A DNA stretch of 64,000 nt from Eledone cirrhosa (lineage: Eukaryota): NCBI GenBank assembly GCA_964016885.1, contig OZ024743.1:253270001-253334000 (forward strand). The letters are read 5' to 3'. Positions 41,801-55,893 of this stretch are shown in pieces (position 1 is the first letter of the stretch; the number at the start of each line of letters is the position of its first letter). Both the position numbers and the translations under genes were made by a program. The notes beneath the pieces are model-generated. The model made no database searches and had not been told where the DNA came from. It saw nothing but the letters and a program-made list of their open reading frames with translations.

Positions 41801-43190
41801 ATACGCTAATCCGGTCTCTGTAGGCTTTGCGCGCCCGGAAAGACGCGTTCAGCTTCCAGTAACCAGGCCCTTGTCTATGAAGTCTGTCTATGTCGATCTC
41901 ACAGATCACAAATTTGTGGTCTGTGTAGTCGAATATTTTAAATTGTGGACAACTTATACTAGCCTTATCTAGTTCTCTGCAGAATACCCTATCGAGATAC
42001 GATCTGGATAACCCGATGTGGTTTGTCCATGTCCACATTGGCACATTCGGGTGATCCAGTCGATACCTGTCACACAGTTCAAAACGTCTGAGCAGGTTCG
42101 TGAGGCTCTTGAACCCTCCTCCCTATCCACTAGCCCCACACGATCCCAGCGTGCATCCAAGATACCGTTCCAGTCGCCCACTAACATTAAAGAGCGGGAC
42201 GTTCCAAGAAAGGTCTCTAGACGTCTGAAGAAACCTGGCCGTCCTGCCCCTGTTGGGGTGTAGACGGCTACTAGCCTGAAAGCATTGCCTTCGCTGCCGG
42301 TCACGTCCAGTACCACCGACTTACCTGCGGGGTCCAGGAAGATGGCGAGATCCAAGCCCCTCCGAAAAAGGACGGCAACCCCTCCCCCCGATCCTGGACG
42401 GCTGGGAGATGCGTATACATCGTAGCCGCTGAAGATCGGTGCGAAGGCCCGTGTTTCGGAGATTTTCGTTTCACTGATGGCCACCACATCTATGTTTAGT
42501 GACCTGAGGTCATTGATTAGGTGACCCTGCTTCCAAGATGACACCAGGCCACATGCATTTATACTGACTATTCTGAGTACAGCCAAGTTGGATGAGAAAC
42601 GGGGCAAGTGAGTAAGGGTCACTTACCTTGTTTGTGTGGTGAAGGGACAGTAGAACCCTCCCTTTCGCTGGTCATGGGTGTTTCCAAGAGGATGTCAGTG
42701 TATATCCTCTTGGTAACCGTCCCTTTGAGGTCTCCAACTGCGTTGGGGAATTTTTGTTTTAAAGGTTTGTACTGTTCTATTGAGATTTCGATAATGCTTA
42801 TGTTTGTCGGGAGAGTTCTTGGTGTTGGTGGGGTGTAGTAGTTTTTTTCTGTGATGTCTGTGTGCTGCTTTATATATTGTATGAGTTCATTTTTTACCAT
42901 GTTTATGGCTGTTTCCTTTTGGGGGGGGGGTGATTTTGTTGCTGTTTTCTTCTTGTTGCTGTTTGGTGTATGTGTTTTGTGTTTGCGTTGTTGGTGTTTG
43001 TGGTAGTGATGGTGGTGGTGTTGCTGCAAGTTTCCTTGCTGCCTTTACCCCTCTGTGTATGCCTTTGCTTTAGTAGGGTGAATCTAAGGGTTTTTTTCTT
43101 TTTTCTTTTATCTTTTTTGTGGCAGACCGTTTGCCACTTCACTCCCGCCTCAAACTCCATGTCGGATTCTGTGGCGTCTGGGAAGGCATC
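38897..43190 (-). mobile_element. Tx1/L1-clade LINE (copy A), ORF2 complete but frameshifted, ORF1 5'-truncated
   Basis: APE: SINACGL, DVVAISETK, VGDWN, YLDRVF, TDHKFV, GPGYWKLN; RT: PGLDG, NFRPITLLNAEFKILAK, LDRSKAFDRVDH, VRQGCP, AYADDV (~40545); C-terminal CP...DETVVHAL; (AAT)n tail. Confidence 0.92.
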
Positions 43191-43434
43191 AAAATATATA
43201 AATAGACTGAATTGATGACCCGGTCAAAATCAAAAAAACAAAAATCAAAATCAAAGCAGCACAGCAACAACGAAAAACGTAAAGAAAATAAAAAAATGAA
43301 GAGAAAAACAAACAGACGGACAGAGAAGGGAAGGGAAAAACTAAGTCAGACATTCAAACACTACATTACGATGAAACTTATGCTTATTCATTTTTGGGGG
43401 TTTTTTTTCCTGTTTGTTTGTTTGTTTATTTATG

Positions 43435-46400
43435 TTCGTCTACAGCGTGAAAATGCCACACAAAAATCACGTGGAGTGACGGAACCACTGGAGACCATGA
43501 ATTGACCGGTGGTTATGTAACCATACATTCGCCAATCCTCGATAAGAGTGTTTAAATGTCGAATCTAAACAGTTCGAATAACGGTGAAATGGAGACTAGA
43601 ATGTCATGTGACAGACTCTCACCCAACAGGTGCTCCCTGTCTCAGCAGCAGGGACCTGGCTATCAACCAAATACTGCTGGTGTCGGAGGAAGAAGAAGAA
43701 GGAAAGGGACCAGAACCAACTGGACGAAAGAATTGAATAGAACTGTTATGCAATGTTACCTGAAGAGTAACCCCAAGGAGAAAGGCTATAGGAAACGGAT
43801 GCATAACATCTGCAACGAGATTGGTCAATTTAAATTAGATGAACAAAAATTGGCCGGGCAGGCTCGGGTAATAAGAACTAATGGGTGGATAAGCGAGCTG
43901 GAACTGGAGGAACTGAGCAGAGAGATTAGCTTGGAGATGGAGAGTGGAGTATGCCAGGCAAACGAGCCAGTGGGAAATGAAGGTGAAGAGGTCGAGAGAA
44001 CGGAGGAACCACCCGAAGCAGACAATGATCTGAATGCTGAGATAAATAATACCTGGAACAGAGATACGGCCACTGAGGAGACGAATGCTGATGGGCTAGG
44101 ACAATATTTGGTTGATATCCTAAACTTAGTGGTAGATGAATTAAACAATGATAGTGGGAGACCTATGAACCTAAGATTTGTAGACAGGAAAAAGTTAAAA
44201 GAAACAACAGCTAAGGTAAACAAAGTCATCCCATACCTTGAGTCGAGGAGCCTTCACCAGTGCAACAATATCCTCAAAGCAACAGCAAATACGGTGAGGA
44301 AACTACTTGGTATAAAAGCGAGAGGAAACAACAGACAAGAAAGAGCAGAGCCTTGGTGGAAGAAACGACTGAGTGGTCAAATCAGGGAAATGAGAAATGA
44401 CATTGGAAAGCTTGAGTCCCTACTGAATTGGACGCTAAAAAACATAGACACTAAAATTAGACTGGAAATAAAGTACGAAACTAGGAGGAAAAACTAAATA
44501 TTATCGTAGAGGAACTGAAGCAACGCATTGTAGCAAAGAGTGCAAAAATCAGGCGATACGAGAACAGAGTCAGCCAGTATAGACAGAACCGCATGTTCGA
44601 CAACAACCAGAAGATGCTGTTTGGACAGCTTGAAGGGAAAGAAAGAGGCAACGACTTGAACCCTGAGGCGGAACAAACTAAAACATTCTGGAGAGGAATA
44701 TGGGAGCAGGATGTTAAACATAATGACCAGGCAGTGTGGATTGAGACAGTACAGAAGGAGATTAGTGAACAGGCACACCAACAAACTGATTTGAGTATCA
44801 CAGTTGAAACTCTTAAGGGGCAGGCCAAAGAACTAACCAACTGGAAATCAACAGGCCCAGATGGTGTGCAGGGGTATTGGATTAAAAATATAACATCCCT
44901 CCACCCGAAACTGACAACCATGTTCAATGACTGCTTGATGTCAGGTGAGGTACCAGGGTGGTTGACAAAAGGTACCACAGTTCTGATAATGAAAGACCGA
45001 ATCAAGGGTAATGATGTTACCAACTATAGATCTATCACATGTCTGTCCGTAATGGGGAAACTGTTGACAAGAATTATGTCTGAGGAAATCTACCATCACC
45101 TCCACACAAACAACTTGTTATCGGACGAACAGAAAGGATGCCGAAAGAAGTCCCGTGGTACAAAGGACCAGCTACTTATTGATAAGATGTTAATGAGGAA
45201 TTGCAAGAGGAGACACACTGGTCTTGCCATGGGATGGATAGTCTACAAAAAGGCATTTGACATGGTGCCTTATTCTTGGATCACCAAAAGCCTGGAGATC
45301 TTCAAGGTGGCAGATAACATCAGACAGTTGTTTGGCAAAAGTATGAAGTCCTGGGAAACAGAGTTAACATCAACTGGAGAATCCTTGGGAAGCGTGAAGA
45401 TCAAGAGAGGTATCTTCCAGGGAGATAGTCTATCCCCTCTGTTGTTTGTCCTTGCCCTGATGCCCCTGATCAGTGTACTGCGAAAAGTGAGAGCAGGATA
45501 CAGGTTGGGTAAGGGAGAGCTTACCATCAATCACCTCCTCTTCATGGACGATCTTAAGCTCTTCGGGAAGAGTGAGAAGGAGTTGGATGTGCTTGTTGAC
45601 ACTGTTCGTATTTTCAGCAATGATATATGTATGCAATTTGGTATTAGTAACTGTGGTGTCATTGTGATGAGGAGGGGTAAGTTGAGCAGAAGTAACGGAA
45701 TCCAGGTACCAACAGGTGATATGATAAAGGAAATTGACTCTGACGAAGGATACAAGTATTTGGGCGTTCTGGAGGCTGATGACATCAAGAACAAGAAAAT
45801 GAAGAAATTGATAAGAACTGCATACATTCGGAGAGTAAGGAGCGTATTAAAGTCACATCTGAACAGTAGGAATGCCATAAGTGCAGTACATTCCCGAGCT
45901 GTCTATTATTAAGTACAGTGCGGGAATTCTGAGATGGAATGTTGCTGAACAAAAAGAAATGGATAGGAAGACTAGGAAGCTATTGACTATCTACAACATG
46001 TTCCACAAGTGGAGTGATTTCGATAGACTCTACTTAAGGAGAACTGAGGGTAGAAGAGGTCTTATCAGCATAGAGGACTGTGTTCAGATGGAGAAAAACA
46101 ACCTACACAAATATGTGACTGATAGTAAGGAGCCAATGCTCAGAACTGTACTGAAGGAGGGGACAATAGGCCAGGGGATGTCCAAGGAGGAAATAACATC
46201 ATGGAGAATGAGCAGCCTTCAGGAAAAATCCCTTCATAGTACCTTCTTTGAGAAAACTGAATTTAGAGATCCATAGACATGGAACTGGTTGAAAAGAGGA
46301 GACCTTAAAAAGGCTACAGAAGGAATGTTAATAGCTCCAGAGGAGCAGGCCCTCAAAACGAAGTGGTTGAAACACCATATTTACAAGGAGGCGCCTAGCC

Positions 46401-47050
46401 CACATGCAGGATCTGTGGAGAGAGAGAGAGGAGACTGTGGCTCACATTGTATCCGAGTGTAAACACCTAGCCCAGACTAACTATAAGGGCTGGAGACATG
46501 ATGTGATGGGCAGGGTGATCCACTGGCACCTATGCAAAGTAAACAATTTACCACATTCTGAGAAGTAGTATGAGCATAAGCCAGAGGCGGTGATAGAAAA
46601 CGATCAGGTGAAGGTGCTGTGGGATTTTAGGATACAGACCGACAAGAAAAAGAAAAAATATCGTGCCTGATTGTGGATGTGGCCTGCCCATTCGACACGA
46701 GAGTGTAAGAGAAGGAGAGGGAGAAAATTAACCGATACCAGGACTTAAAGTGGGAGGTAAAAAGGATTTGGAACTGCCATGAAGTCAAAGTGATCCCGAT
46801 TGTCATAGCCGCACTAGGGACTCTCTCAAAAGGTTTCCAGGGATGGTTAAAGAAAATTGGCCCCTTCACGCTTTTTGGAACGCTTCAAAAGGCATGATTG
46901 CTGGGAACAGCAAAAACCCTCCGATACGTCCTGAATATCTGAGGCTGCAGGTAGTGGCTTGATATTCATTTCAACAAACTTTCCAGTTAACTAACATCAA
47001 TGACTGAGACTCAAAGAGTAATAACAAAAATAATAATAATAATGATAATA
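43435..47050 (+). mobile_element. R4/Dong-clade non-LTR retrotransposon, near full length, pseudogenised
   Basis: ORF pieces 43556-44497 (RTNWTKELN, GYRKRM, PWWKKRL), 44593-45912 (NWKSTGPDG, NYRSITCL, KDQLLID, KKAFD, GIFQGDSLSPLLF, HLLFMDDLK, YKYLG), 45881-46276; RLE region to stop at 46941; (TAA)n tail. Confidence 0.93.
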
Positions 47051-50000
47051 ATGATTTCTATATTAACCACAAGGGTGTACATAAAGTAGACATTAAGGAC
47101 AGTGCAGGACAATACAGGACGGTACTAATGGGCATTTCTGCGTTTAAAAAACAAAAACAGAGGATGTAACAAAAAAATAACAATGAAAAATTCCCCAATA
47201 GGGGGGAGACTTCCGAGGGACATTTGTGGAGAAAGCCCAGTAAAAGACCACATTAACCCTGACCACCAAGGCAAGTGCCCTCTCCCAGTTTTCCACCTTT
47301 AATTTACATATACGTACTCAGAGTAGGCCCATTCACTCGGGCCATTCTTGCTTCTCTCACCCATCTTTCAACAAAATGCTGGGAAGAGGGCACTTCCCTC
47401 TCTACTCTGATTTTCCTTTTCAAATGAAATTTGAAAAAGTCAATCAGGGCAACACCGAAGAGGTAAGTGCTCGCCTTCAGCCCTTTCAAACGTGTCCACC
47501 ATACTATCTCTTTCGCTATGGCCACCAGACAGATAAAAACTGCCTGCCCTTCCCGGCTAAAGGAAGAGAGCGGGGCAATCTTCACGATGGACTCAGATGA
47601 TAGCCGGATCCGGCCTACACGCGACAGCAGGTGTTCGACATAAACCCACAATTCAGCAATTTTCGGACACTGGACGAGTGCGTGCAGGACGGTTTCGTCG
47701 TCCTGCGTGCATCTCGGACATGCCCGTTTGACGGCACCTCCATGCCTGTAGAGTTTATCCCGAACTGGCAAGTCTCTTTGGTAGCACTGCCAGGCCAGAG
47801 ATTTCTGGACGTTGTCCATAGGTCCCGGCCCGAAAGTTCTTCCGAAGAGATTGGCTAGTTGATTTTCGTCGACGCCTAGAGTTTCCCCAAGTACGTCATC
47901 GCTCTTCCCCTCCACTAATCTTCTATAGAACGCCGAGGTGGAGTTTCCACCGATGATATTGCCCGATTGGTCGAGGGCCGTGAGCGCCTGAAGACATTCT
48001 TGTCTCCAGGCGCTCCCTCTCGGTCTTCGCTTGACCCAGGACTGCAGCTCCGTCAAGGAAACGAGCTGGAGAAATACGTGTCTAGCAAACGGCGACCACA
48101 CCTGATCACCGTAGAGGAAGAGGTGGAGATCTAGCCTGAGCGCGTGTCTGCGCATCATCAGCCACGATATGCCCAGCCTTCCACGTACCGGGTGTTGATA
48201 GCAGATGGAACGCCTGACCATCGGAGCGCGTCCCTTCCACAAAAAGCGAAAGAGCAAACGCTCCAGCGCAGTCAGGCGGGGCTTAGGACAAGGTACGACG
48301 GTCAGGTGGTAGCAGATGACAGACGCGATGTACGCGTTAGCCACCTCCGCTCAACCTTTCAGGGATAGCTTCCTCTCCGCCCATTTCTGGGTGAGAGAAG
48401 CCACCCTGCTCGTCACCTCGTCCCAGCTTTTGTCCGTCTGGAGGTCCGGACCGAACCAGACCCCTAGCAATTTAACCGGTCCGTCCGTCCAGTGTCCGAT
48501 GACGCTGTTGGACGGCATGGACCTGCCTCTCCAGATGCCGAGCTGCAGACCCACTGACTTTTCCTGGTTGATCATTGCTCTGTCACCGCTTAGTATTCTC
48601 TTAGTGTGGTGCCAATCATCTCGATGTGTTTGGCGTTCGACACCAGTACGGTGACATCGTCCGCATATGCAGACACGGATCTTCCGCATCCTAGTTCGCG
48701 CGGGACGCCCCTCATCGTCTCCAGTTTGTGCAGTAACTGCTCGAGAATCAATACGTACTAGAGGGACGATAGGGGACATCCTTGGCTGACCGAGCGCCTG
48801 ATGTTGAACGGTTCCGAAATGTGACCGTTCACTCTCACCACAGAGCAGTGGCCGAGAGCCGCGGCAGTCCGTCGAGGAAGACACTAAAGTCCATAACTCA
48901 ACCCGGCCCACCGCTGCCCCCGAACAGCTGAGCGAAGTGTCGCTGAAAAGCTTCACACATTTGCCCGGGATCGAGTAGCATGCGCCCGTCGTGGTCCACC
49001 AAAGACCTGATCGTGGCTTAGTTGCCACGACGCGCCTCCGCCACTCGGGCCCATTGAACGGCTTTCGTCCCCTCGTGTCTAAGAGCACGCACCCTAGATC
49101 TGACAACGCAGCCTTCGTGCTTTGCATTGAAGAATTGGTCAAGGGCCAATTTCGCCGCAAGCACGTCGGTCGCGATGCCTTTGCTAAGCGCCTCGTCTAA
49201 TTTTCTAATTAATTATCCCTCTGCTCTATTTTTCTCTATTGCTAAAGCCTTACTAAACCGAATGGACCCTATTCTAATCGCTCTTTTCAGAGCAAACCAC
49301 CACTTGTTGTTGACGATGGCCCTCGTCAACGCCCGCTTAACTAGTTCGCTAAATCCGGTCTCTGTAGGCCTTGCGCGCTTGTAAGGACGCGTTTAGCTTC
49401 CAGTAGCCGGGTCCTCATCTATGAAGCCTATCTAATTCAAGCACACAGATCACGAATTTGTGGTCCGTGTAGCTGACTATCTTGGATTGTGGCCAGCCTA
49501 TGCTAGACCTATCTATTTCCCTACAAAATACTCTATCTAGATATGAGCTGGATGACCTATGCGATTTGACCAAGTCCACATTGGCACATTCGGGAAATCC
49601 AATCGGTACCTGTCAGACAGTTCAACACGCCTGAGCAGGTTGGTGAGGCTCTTGCACCCTCCACCCCTATCCGCTAATCCCACACAGTCCAAGCGTGCAT
49701 CTAAGATCCCGTTCCAGTCACCCACTAACACTAAAGAGCGGGACGTTCCAAGAAAGGTCTCCAGACGCCGGAAGAAATCAGGCCGCCCTGCTCCTGTCGG
49801 GGCATAGACGGCCACTGCATCTATGTTTAGTGACCTGAGGTCGTTGAGCAGATGACCCTGCTTCCATGACGACCCCAAGCCACGCGCATTTATGCTGCCT
49901 ATTCTGAGTGAGGTCATGTTTAAAATGGAGTGGAAAAGATGGGAAAGACCAATTACCGTAATTTTCGTAGAGGAAGGATGGTTTCACCATCCCTTTTTAC

Positions 50001-50736
50001 TTGATCGTCTGGTGGAGGGACCGTTGAATCCTCCCTTCGGCTGTTTGTCGGCTCTTCTATGAGTATGTCCGAATATACTCTCCGGTTGAGAGTTCCTCCT
50101 AGGTCTCTGAAATCACCAACTGCGTTGGGGAATTTTGTTTTAATGTTTGTGTATTGTTTCTGTGCTATTTTTACCAGTCTTATGTTCGTTGGCGTTTTGA
50201 TTGGTGCTGCTATTATGTAGTAGTGTTGTGAAATGTCTGCGTGCTCAATTATGTAACTCATTAGTTTCTTGTTGTGTGTATTTATTGCCGTGCATTTCTT
50301 TTTCTGGGGGTGGGGTGTGGTTCTGCTATTTTCTTCTCGTTGTTGCTGGGTGTGTGTGTTTTGTTGTTGTGTTTGTGATGTTGGTGCTTGTGGTGGTGGT
50401 GTTGAATGTGTTGTTGTTGGCGGTGGGGTTGTCGCCGGTGGTGATGGTGGTGCTAGTGTGGGTGGTGATGATGTTGGTGGTGTTGCTGCTGTGAGTCTCT
50501 TTGCAGTAGCCTTTATCCTTTTTTCATTTCTTTCCTCCCTTTTCGAAAGCGACGATGCGCTGCTTCTGCGTTTGTGCCTTCTTACGACCTTTTGCCAATC
50601 TCTCCCACCTCACACTCCATGTTTGATTCTGTGAGGTCGGGGAGGGGTACCAGCTCCACTCTTTCACTTGTTGTTGTTGGTGATGTTTGCAGTGGCGTCT
50701 CTGTTGCAGCTGCATTTGGTATTACTGTTGTTGTTG

Positions 50737-51486
50737 TTAATACTGCTGCTGCTGTTCTTGATTTCCGTGGCGTGGGTATGGGTGCCACGGACCTATCGTT
50801 CCTGGTTGCCACTTGTCCTGTTGCTCGTAGCCGTGGAGCCGGTTTCGGAAGGAGGGGGTTTTCTCCTTTCTCAGGGTCTTCTCGTTGCAGAAGGCCCTGA
50901 GGTGAGTCTTCGATCCACAGCGAAAGCATTTCGGACGTTTGCCCTCAACACTTATGAGCAGTTCAGTGGCGTTATCGAAGTCTATCATAACCGGGAGAGA
51001 TTCGATGCACTCCTGGTTGGCTTGGATTAACATCTCAATGGAGGTGCCGACCCAATCTTCTGTACTTGCAGTACAGTTGTTTTGTCCTCGATTCCGACGA
51101 GGACAGACGCGGCCAGCCAAGAAGGGGCCATCCGGGGGTGGGGGTGGGGGTGGACGTGGGTCAGTTTGACCCTCACAATTCTTTACCCTCAGTAGGAGAG
51201 CACCAACACCATTTCCTCGCTCCTTAGGGTCACTAAGGATTGAGCCTTTGCCTCCTGGGATGTGGCAAAAAAGCACGTCTACGTTGGCATATTTCTTGCC
51301 TCGGATGATATGCGTTTTTCGCTGCCACACAGACCATAAGGCTTTTTGTATTTGAGCCTCTGTGGCTCTTTCAACACTACGGGATTTTGTGGTTACTGTA
51401 CGGTACGTGACCGTACAGTGCTGTTGGGTTTCGAAAATTTTTTCGACTGCCTTGCAGATTGCTAGGTGTCCGGTTTTCGTCACCAT
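50737..51486 (-). pseudogene. Tx1-type ORF1 remnant with CCHC zinc knuckle
   Basis: ISVEGKRPKCFRCGSKTHLRAFC = C-X2-C-X4-H-X4-C; frameshifted, followed by a Thr/Gln-rich low-complexity linker. Confidence 0.8.
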
Positions 51487-51579
51487 CTTCTTCGCTTCCT
51501 GTAATTCCTCATTTTTATTATGAGGATGGTTTCCAGGTTCTTTGCGATACCTGCAAACGAGATTGGTTTTTCTTTGCTG

Positions 51580-51830
51580 CCCTTGTTGTTGTTGTTGTTG
51601 TCGTCAGAGCTGCTGTTACTTTTGTTGTTGCTGCAGGTACTACGACTACTGCCGCCGCCGCTGTTGCTGTGGTTGTTGTTGTTTGTTGCTGCTGCTGCTG
51701 TTGTTGTTGCTGTTGCTGCTAATGCTGTTGTTGTTTATGCTGCTGCTGATGCTGTTGCCGCTGCTACTGTTGTTTTGCATGTCACTGTTGCTGCTGCTGC
51801 TGTTATTACGGCTGCTACTGCTATTATTCA
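51580..51830. repeat. (GTT/GCT)n trinucleotide low-complexity tract in the 5' region of copy B
   Basis: Direct observation. Confidence 0.9.
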
Positions 51831-52470
51831 TGACGTCAGACGAATGAAATGGGTTTTCGTATTTCCCGCACACCTTTTTCGTCGTTGTCGTTGTCGTCGT
51901 GGAGAAATGTTGCACGCTTTACACGTGGTTTTTCTTTACTGGCGTCGCTTGCGAAAGAGAAGGGAGGGAGAGTGACACATTTAGAGAAGGGAGGGAGAGA
52001 GACAATCTTCTCTCTGCTGTAGTGACGATTGAGGAAGAAGAAGACGGAATTAGTGGCAGTGACTTGTGAAAATTCTTTTTCGTAGCCATATTTTTTTTTT
52101 GTATAAATAAATATTGGCACAAAAACCCAATAAGCGGTTATTTAACCCCGAAGGGCCAAATAACGGGCAGAAAGACCCTTCTCACGAGGAGGAGGGTGTT
52201 TTTGTCTACAATTTGGTTAAAGTGTTAAACAATTTACAATTGTTATAGCGGTCAAAATTTACAATACCTTACAGAGCCGAGCCTCCGTCAACCATAGCAT
52301 TCAATAATAATAATAAGAAGAAGAATAAGAATAATAAGAAGAATGACGATAACGCAAGATCAAAGCAAGAAATTATTTTCCGTCATCGAAGAAGACAACA
52401 ATTTCAAAAGAGAAGCTAAATCGAGAGAGAGTTATGATGAAAATGAAAATATATACATATATATATATAA

Positions 52471-52810
52471 GCAAAGAGATATTTAATTTGTTGGTAATTC
52501 GACAAATATATTTATAACTGATTCGAAGCACTCAACACATTTTCTGTAGTTTAATCAATGATATTAATAAATGGAAACTATATTTATGAAAACATATTTA
52601 TTCTATTATATATATTTGAAGGGTACCAAATCTTTGTTAAGCACTCATCCGATAAAATACAATGTTTGTTTTATAAATAGTGACATACCCAGGAATTTAT
52701 AAAACAAATTTTGTATCTTATCTGATGAGAGCGCCCCAAAGTTTTGGTACCCTCAAATATATATAATAGAATAAATATGGGTTTATAAATATAGTTTCCA
52801 TTTATTAATT
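52471..52810. mobile_element. Fold-back family A-related element with inactivated hammerheads
   Basis: Arms ~52563-52678 / 52695-52810; CTGATGA at 52722-28 but GAAA replaced by CAAA in both arms; AAGCACTC tail at ~52527. Confidence 0.75.
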
Positions 52811-52996
52811 GTTTCTACTTTAGGCACAAGGCCAGCAATTACCCAGTGCATTACTGGTACTTTATTTTATCGACCCCGTAAGGATGAAAGGCAAAGTCAA
52901 CCTCGGCGGGATTTGAACTCAGATCGTAAAGGGGCGTAACTATGCTGGAAAGCATGGCGTCCGACCCTCTACCGATACTGCCAATCCACCACCCTT
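52809..52996 (-). mobile_element. Full-length SINE family 1 copy with ~17-bp target site duplication
   Basis: Reverse complement of 11132-11325; atagtttccatttatta at ~52791-52808 and ~52997-53013. Confidence 0.92.
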
Positions 52997-53021
52997 ATAG
53001 TTTCCATTTATTATAGTTTCC

Positions 53022-53222
<201 letters not shown>

Positions 53223-53396
53223 GAAACACACAGATACATGCGGACACACACATATATACATGAATGCATCCGCACCCAACTGTGAGTTAAGGGTGCCAAC
53301 TTCACCGATGTTGCTCAATGAATGACTGGGACAGACTAATTCAGTTTGAACCAGACTGAACCAGTATCAGAGTTAAAAATACATTATGAAGAGAGA

Positions 53397-53712
<316 letters not shown>

Positions 53713-53949
53713 GTATAGTAATTTCAAGGAAATGCCTGGTACTCGAAGAATGGGAATAGTACTCGAAGAATGGGAAAAGTAGACAAGCAAAATTAAAAAA
53801 ATGGGCTAAGTTATGGTGGACTAAAAGCCATAGTATGAAGAATTCCCAATTCCTGCGCAAAACCAAAGCTTCGCTATGAGAAACCACCAGATGTACATAA
53901 TGAAGCAGAACGCAGTAATTGTTAAATATATGGAGGTTAGGAAGAAATA

Positions 53950-54132
53950 ATTGTTTCTACCTCCGGCACAAGGCCAGTAATTACCCAGTGCATTACTGGT
54001 ACTTTATTTTATCGACCCCGTCAGGATGAAAGGCAAAGTTAACCTCGGCGGGATTTGAACTCAGATCATACAGGGAGGTAACTCTATGCTTCAAAGCATG
54101 GCGTCCGACCCTCTACCGATACTGCCAATCCA
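53950..54132 (-). mobile_element. SINE family 1 copy
   Basis: Nearly identical to 52809-52990; flanked by aagaaataat on both sides. Confidence 0.9.
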
Positions 54133-54149
54133 AAGAAATAATGAATCAT

Positions 54150-54360
54150 ATTCTTAGCCGAGAGATAATATATCCTCAGACATAACCCAGTTGGAATTTA
54201 CATACACTGGAAGTTATGCCAACAGCACGAAATACCAATAGAAAAATGGTGGTACAGACGTTCCCAAGAAAAGATGTCAGAGAATGACACAGCAGGTATA
54301 CTAAAGGATATACCAATACGCAGAGACAGTGAGATTACAGCAACTCCCGCAGACATATGT
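54150..54360 (+). mobile_element. Old R4/Dong-clade fragment
   Basis: YILRHNPVGIYIHWKLCQQHEIPIEKWWYRRSQEKMSENDTAGILKDIPIRRDSEITATPADI aligns with the RHD...HW.LC...WY...EN...WD...PD segment. Confidence 0.7.
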
Positions 54361-55369
54361 AACAGTTTCTGGCTACACAATTTCATTCACAAGAATTGAG
54401 TTAACCCAAACCTATAGTACCCATGGCATCATGGTTGTGAATTGAACGCATTTATCACCCAGCCATACCTGTCTCCATACATGTGTACATATAAAGAAGA
54501 CAAAACATTGTACTTAATGAATGGTGTCGAGCGTATACTGTCTTTGAAATCCTAGACTTAACACGATGACTACACACATGAACCCTGACTCGTCTTAATA
54601 CTAGAAAGAGGGAGGGAAAGTGTGTGTATATACACTAATGTAAAGATACAGTAGAGATTAAGAGAGAGTGGTAGAGAGAGAGAGAGAGTGTGTGTGAATA
54701 TACAGTAGAGATTGTGAGACAGAGAGAGAATATGTGTGTGTGTTTGTGAAGATACAATAGACATTAAGAGAGAGAGAGAGAGTGTATGTGTGTGAAAGAG
54801 AATGCGCAAAATACACTAGAGATTAACACAGAGAGGGTGAGACCACATGTGTGTTAGAGAGAGGTGGAGAAGAGGATGAAGACAGTATGTGAAGATAAGT
54901 AGACATTAAGAGAGAGAAGGAAGATACAGTATAGATGTAGGGAGAGGGACAGATAAATCGTTTGAATGAATTAGAGATGGGGGGAGAAAGAAACGATAGA
55001 AGTGCTACATAGGGAGAGGGGGGAGGAATACCATAAGTCTGTTAGAGAAATCGAGGGAGGAGACATTTGACAGTAAAATAGAATACATATAGAGAGACTA
55101 TAAGAGTGGTAGAAAAAGATAAAGATAAACCATAGGAGTGCTAGAGGGAGAAGGAAAGGGAGAGAAAGAGAGAGGGAGAAAGATAGATAGAGACATACAG
55201 GCACGTCTAAGTTTCCTGTTTCTTGCACGTTCTTCAAGCCGACCGGAAGAATATGCAAGAATCAGGAAACTCATAGTGTTGGAACGAAGCTTTCCATTTT
55301 GAATTAATGAATATATATATTTGTGTAAGTGTGCGTGGGTGCGTGAGTGTGTGTACATGCGTATATTGC

Positions 55370-55488
<119 letters not shown>

Positions 55489-55840
55489 GTATGTGTGCGT
55501 GTATGTTTATATATACATATTTGTGTGTGTGTGTCTTTGTGATCATGTATGCATGAATATATATGTATATATGTATGCCTGAATACATTTATGTCTTATC
55601 TAAAAATACAAACAAAGCAAGACGGAGAGAAAGGTGGGGAGATATAGAGAGAAAGGTAGAATAAAATAGATAAATATAGAGTTAGATATAGAGAGAGGGG
55701 GAGACAGACAGAGAGGAACTCAAACACAATCTATATATTACACTTCTACACTCTAACTACTTCGGTTTTAATCCTTTAATTGAATATTGGAAATATTGAT
55801 TCATAATTTGACAAATATATTTAAAATGATGATGATAATA

Positions 55841-55893
<53 letters not shown>

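Larger units (their letters stand above)
47050..52302 (-). mobile_element. Tx1/L1-clade LINE (copy B) with 5' end, ORF1 and two internal ORF2 deletions
   Basis: ORF1 with gag-type knuckle CFRCGSKTHLRAFC; APE GSINARGL...VGDWN; deletions relative to copy A at ~49816 (EN) and ~48860 (RT N-half); C-terminal CPRC...ETVLHALVQC; bounded by (TAA)n tracts on both sides. Confidence 0.92.

Noticed and set aside
39822-42263. Plus-strand ORFs overlapping Tx1 copy A (and minus-strand ORFs over R4 copies)
   Set aside because: Antisense shadows of retrotransposon ORFs.
51459-51975. Cys/Ala/Leu-rich ORFs resembling metallothionein or membrane proteins
   Set aside because: Antisense readings of the trinucleotide tract inside Tx1 copy B.
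33598-52302. An active autonomous LINE
   Set aside because: Every copy has multiple stops, frameshifts or deletions, although some homopolymer frameshifts could be assembly errors.
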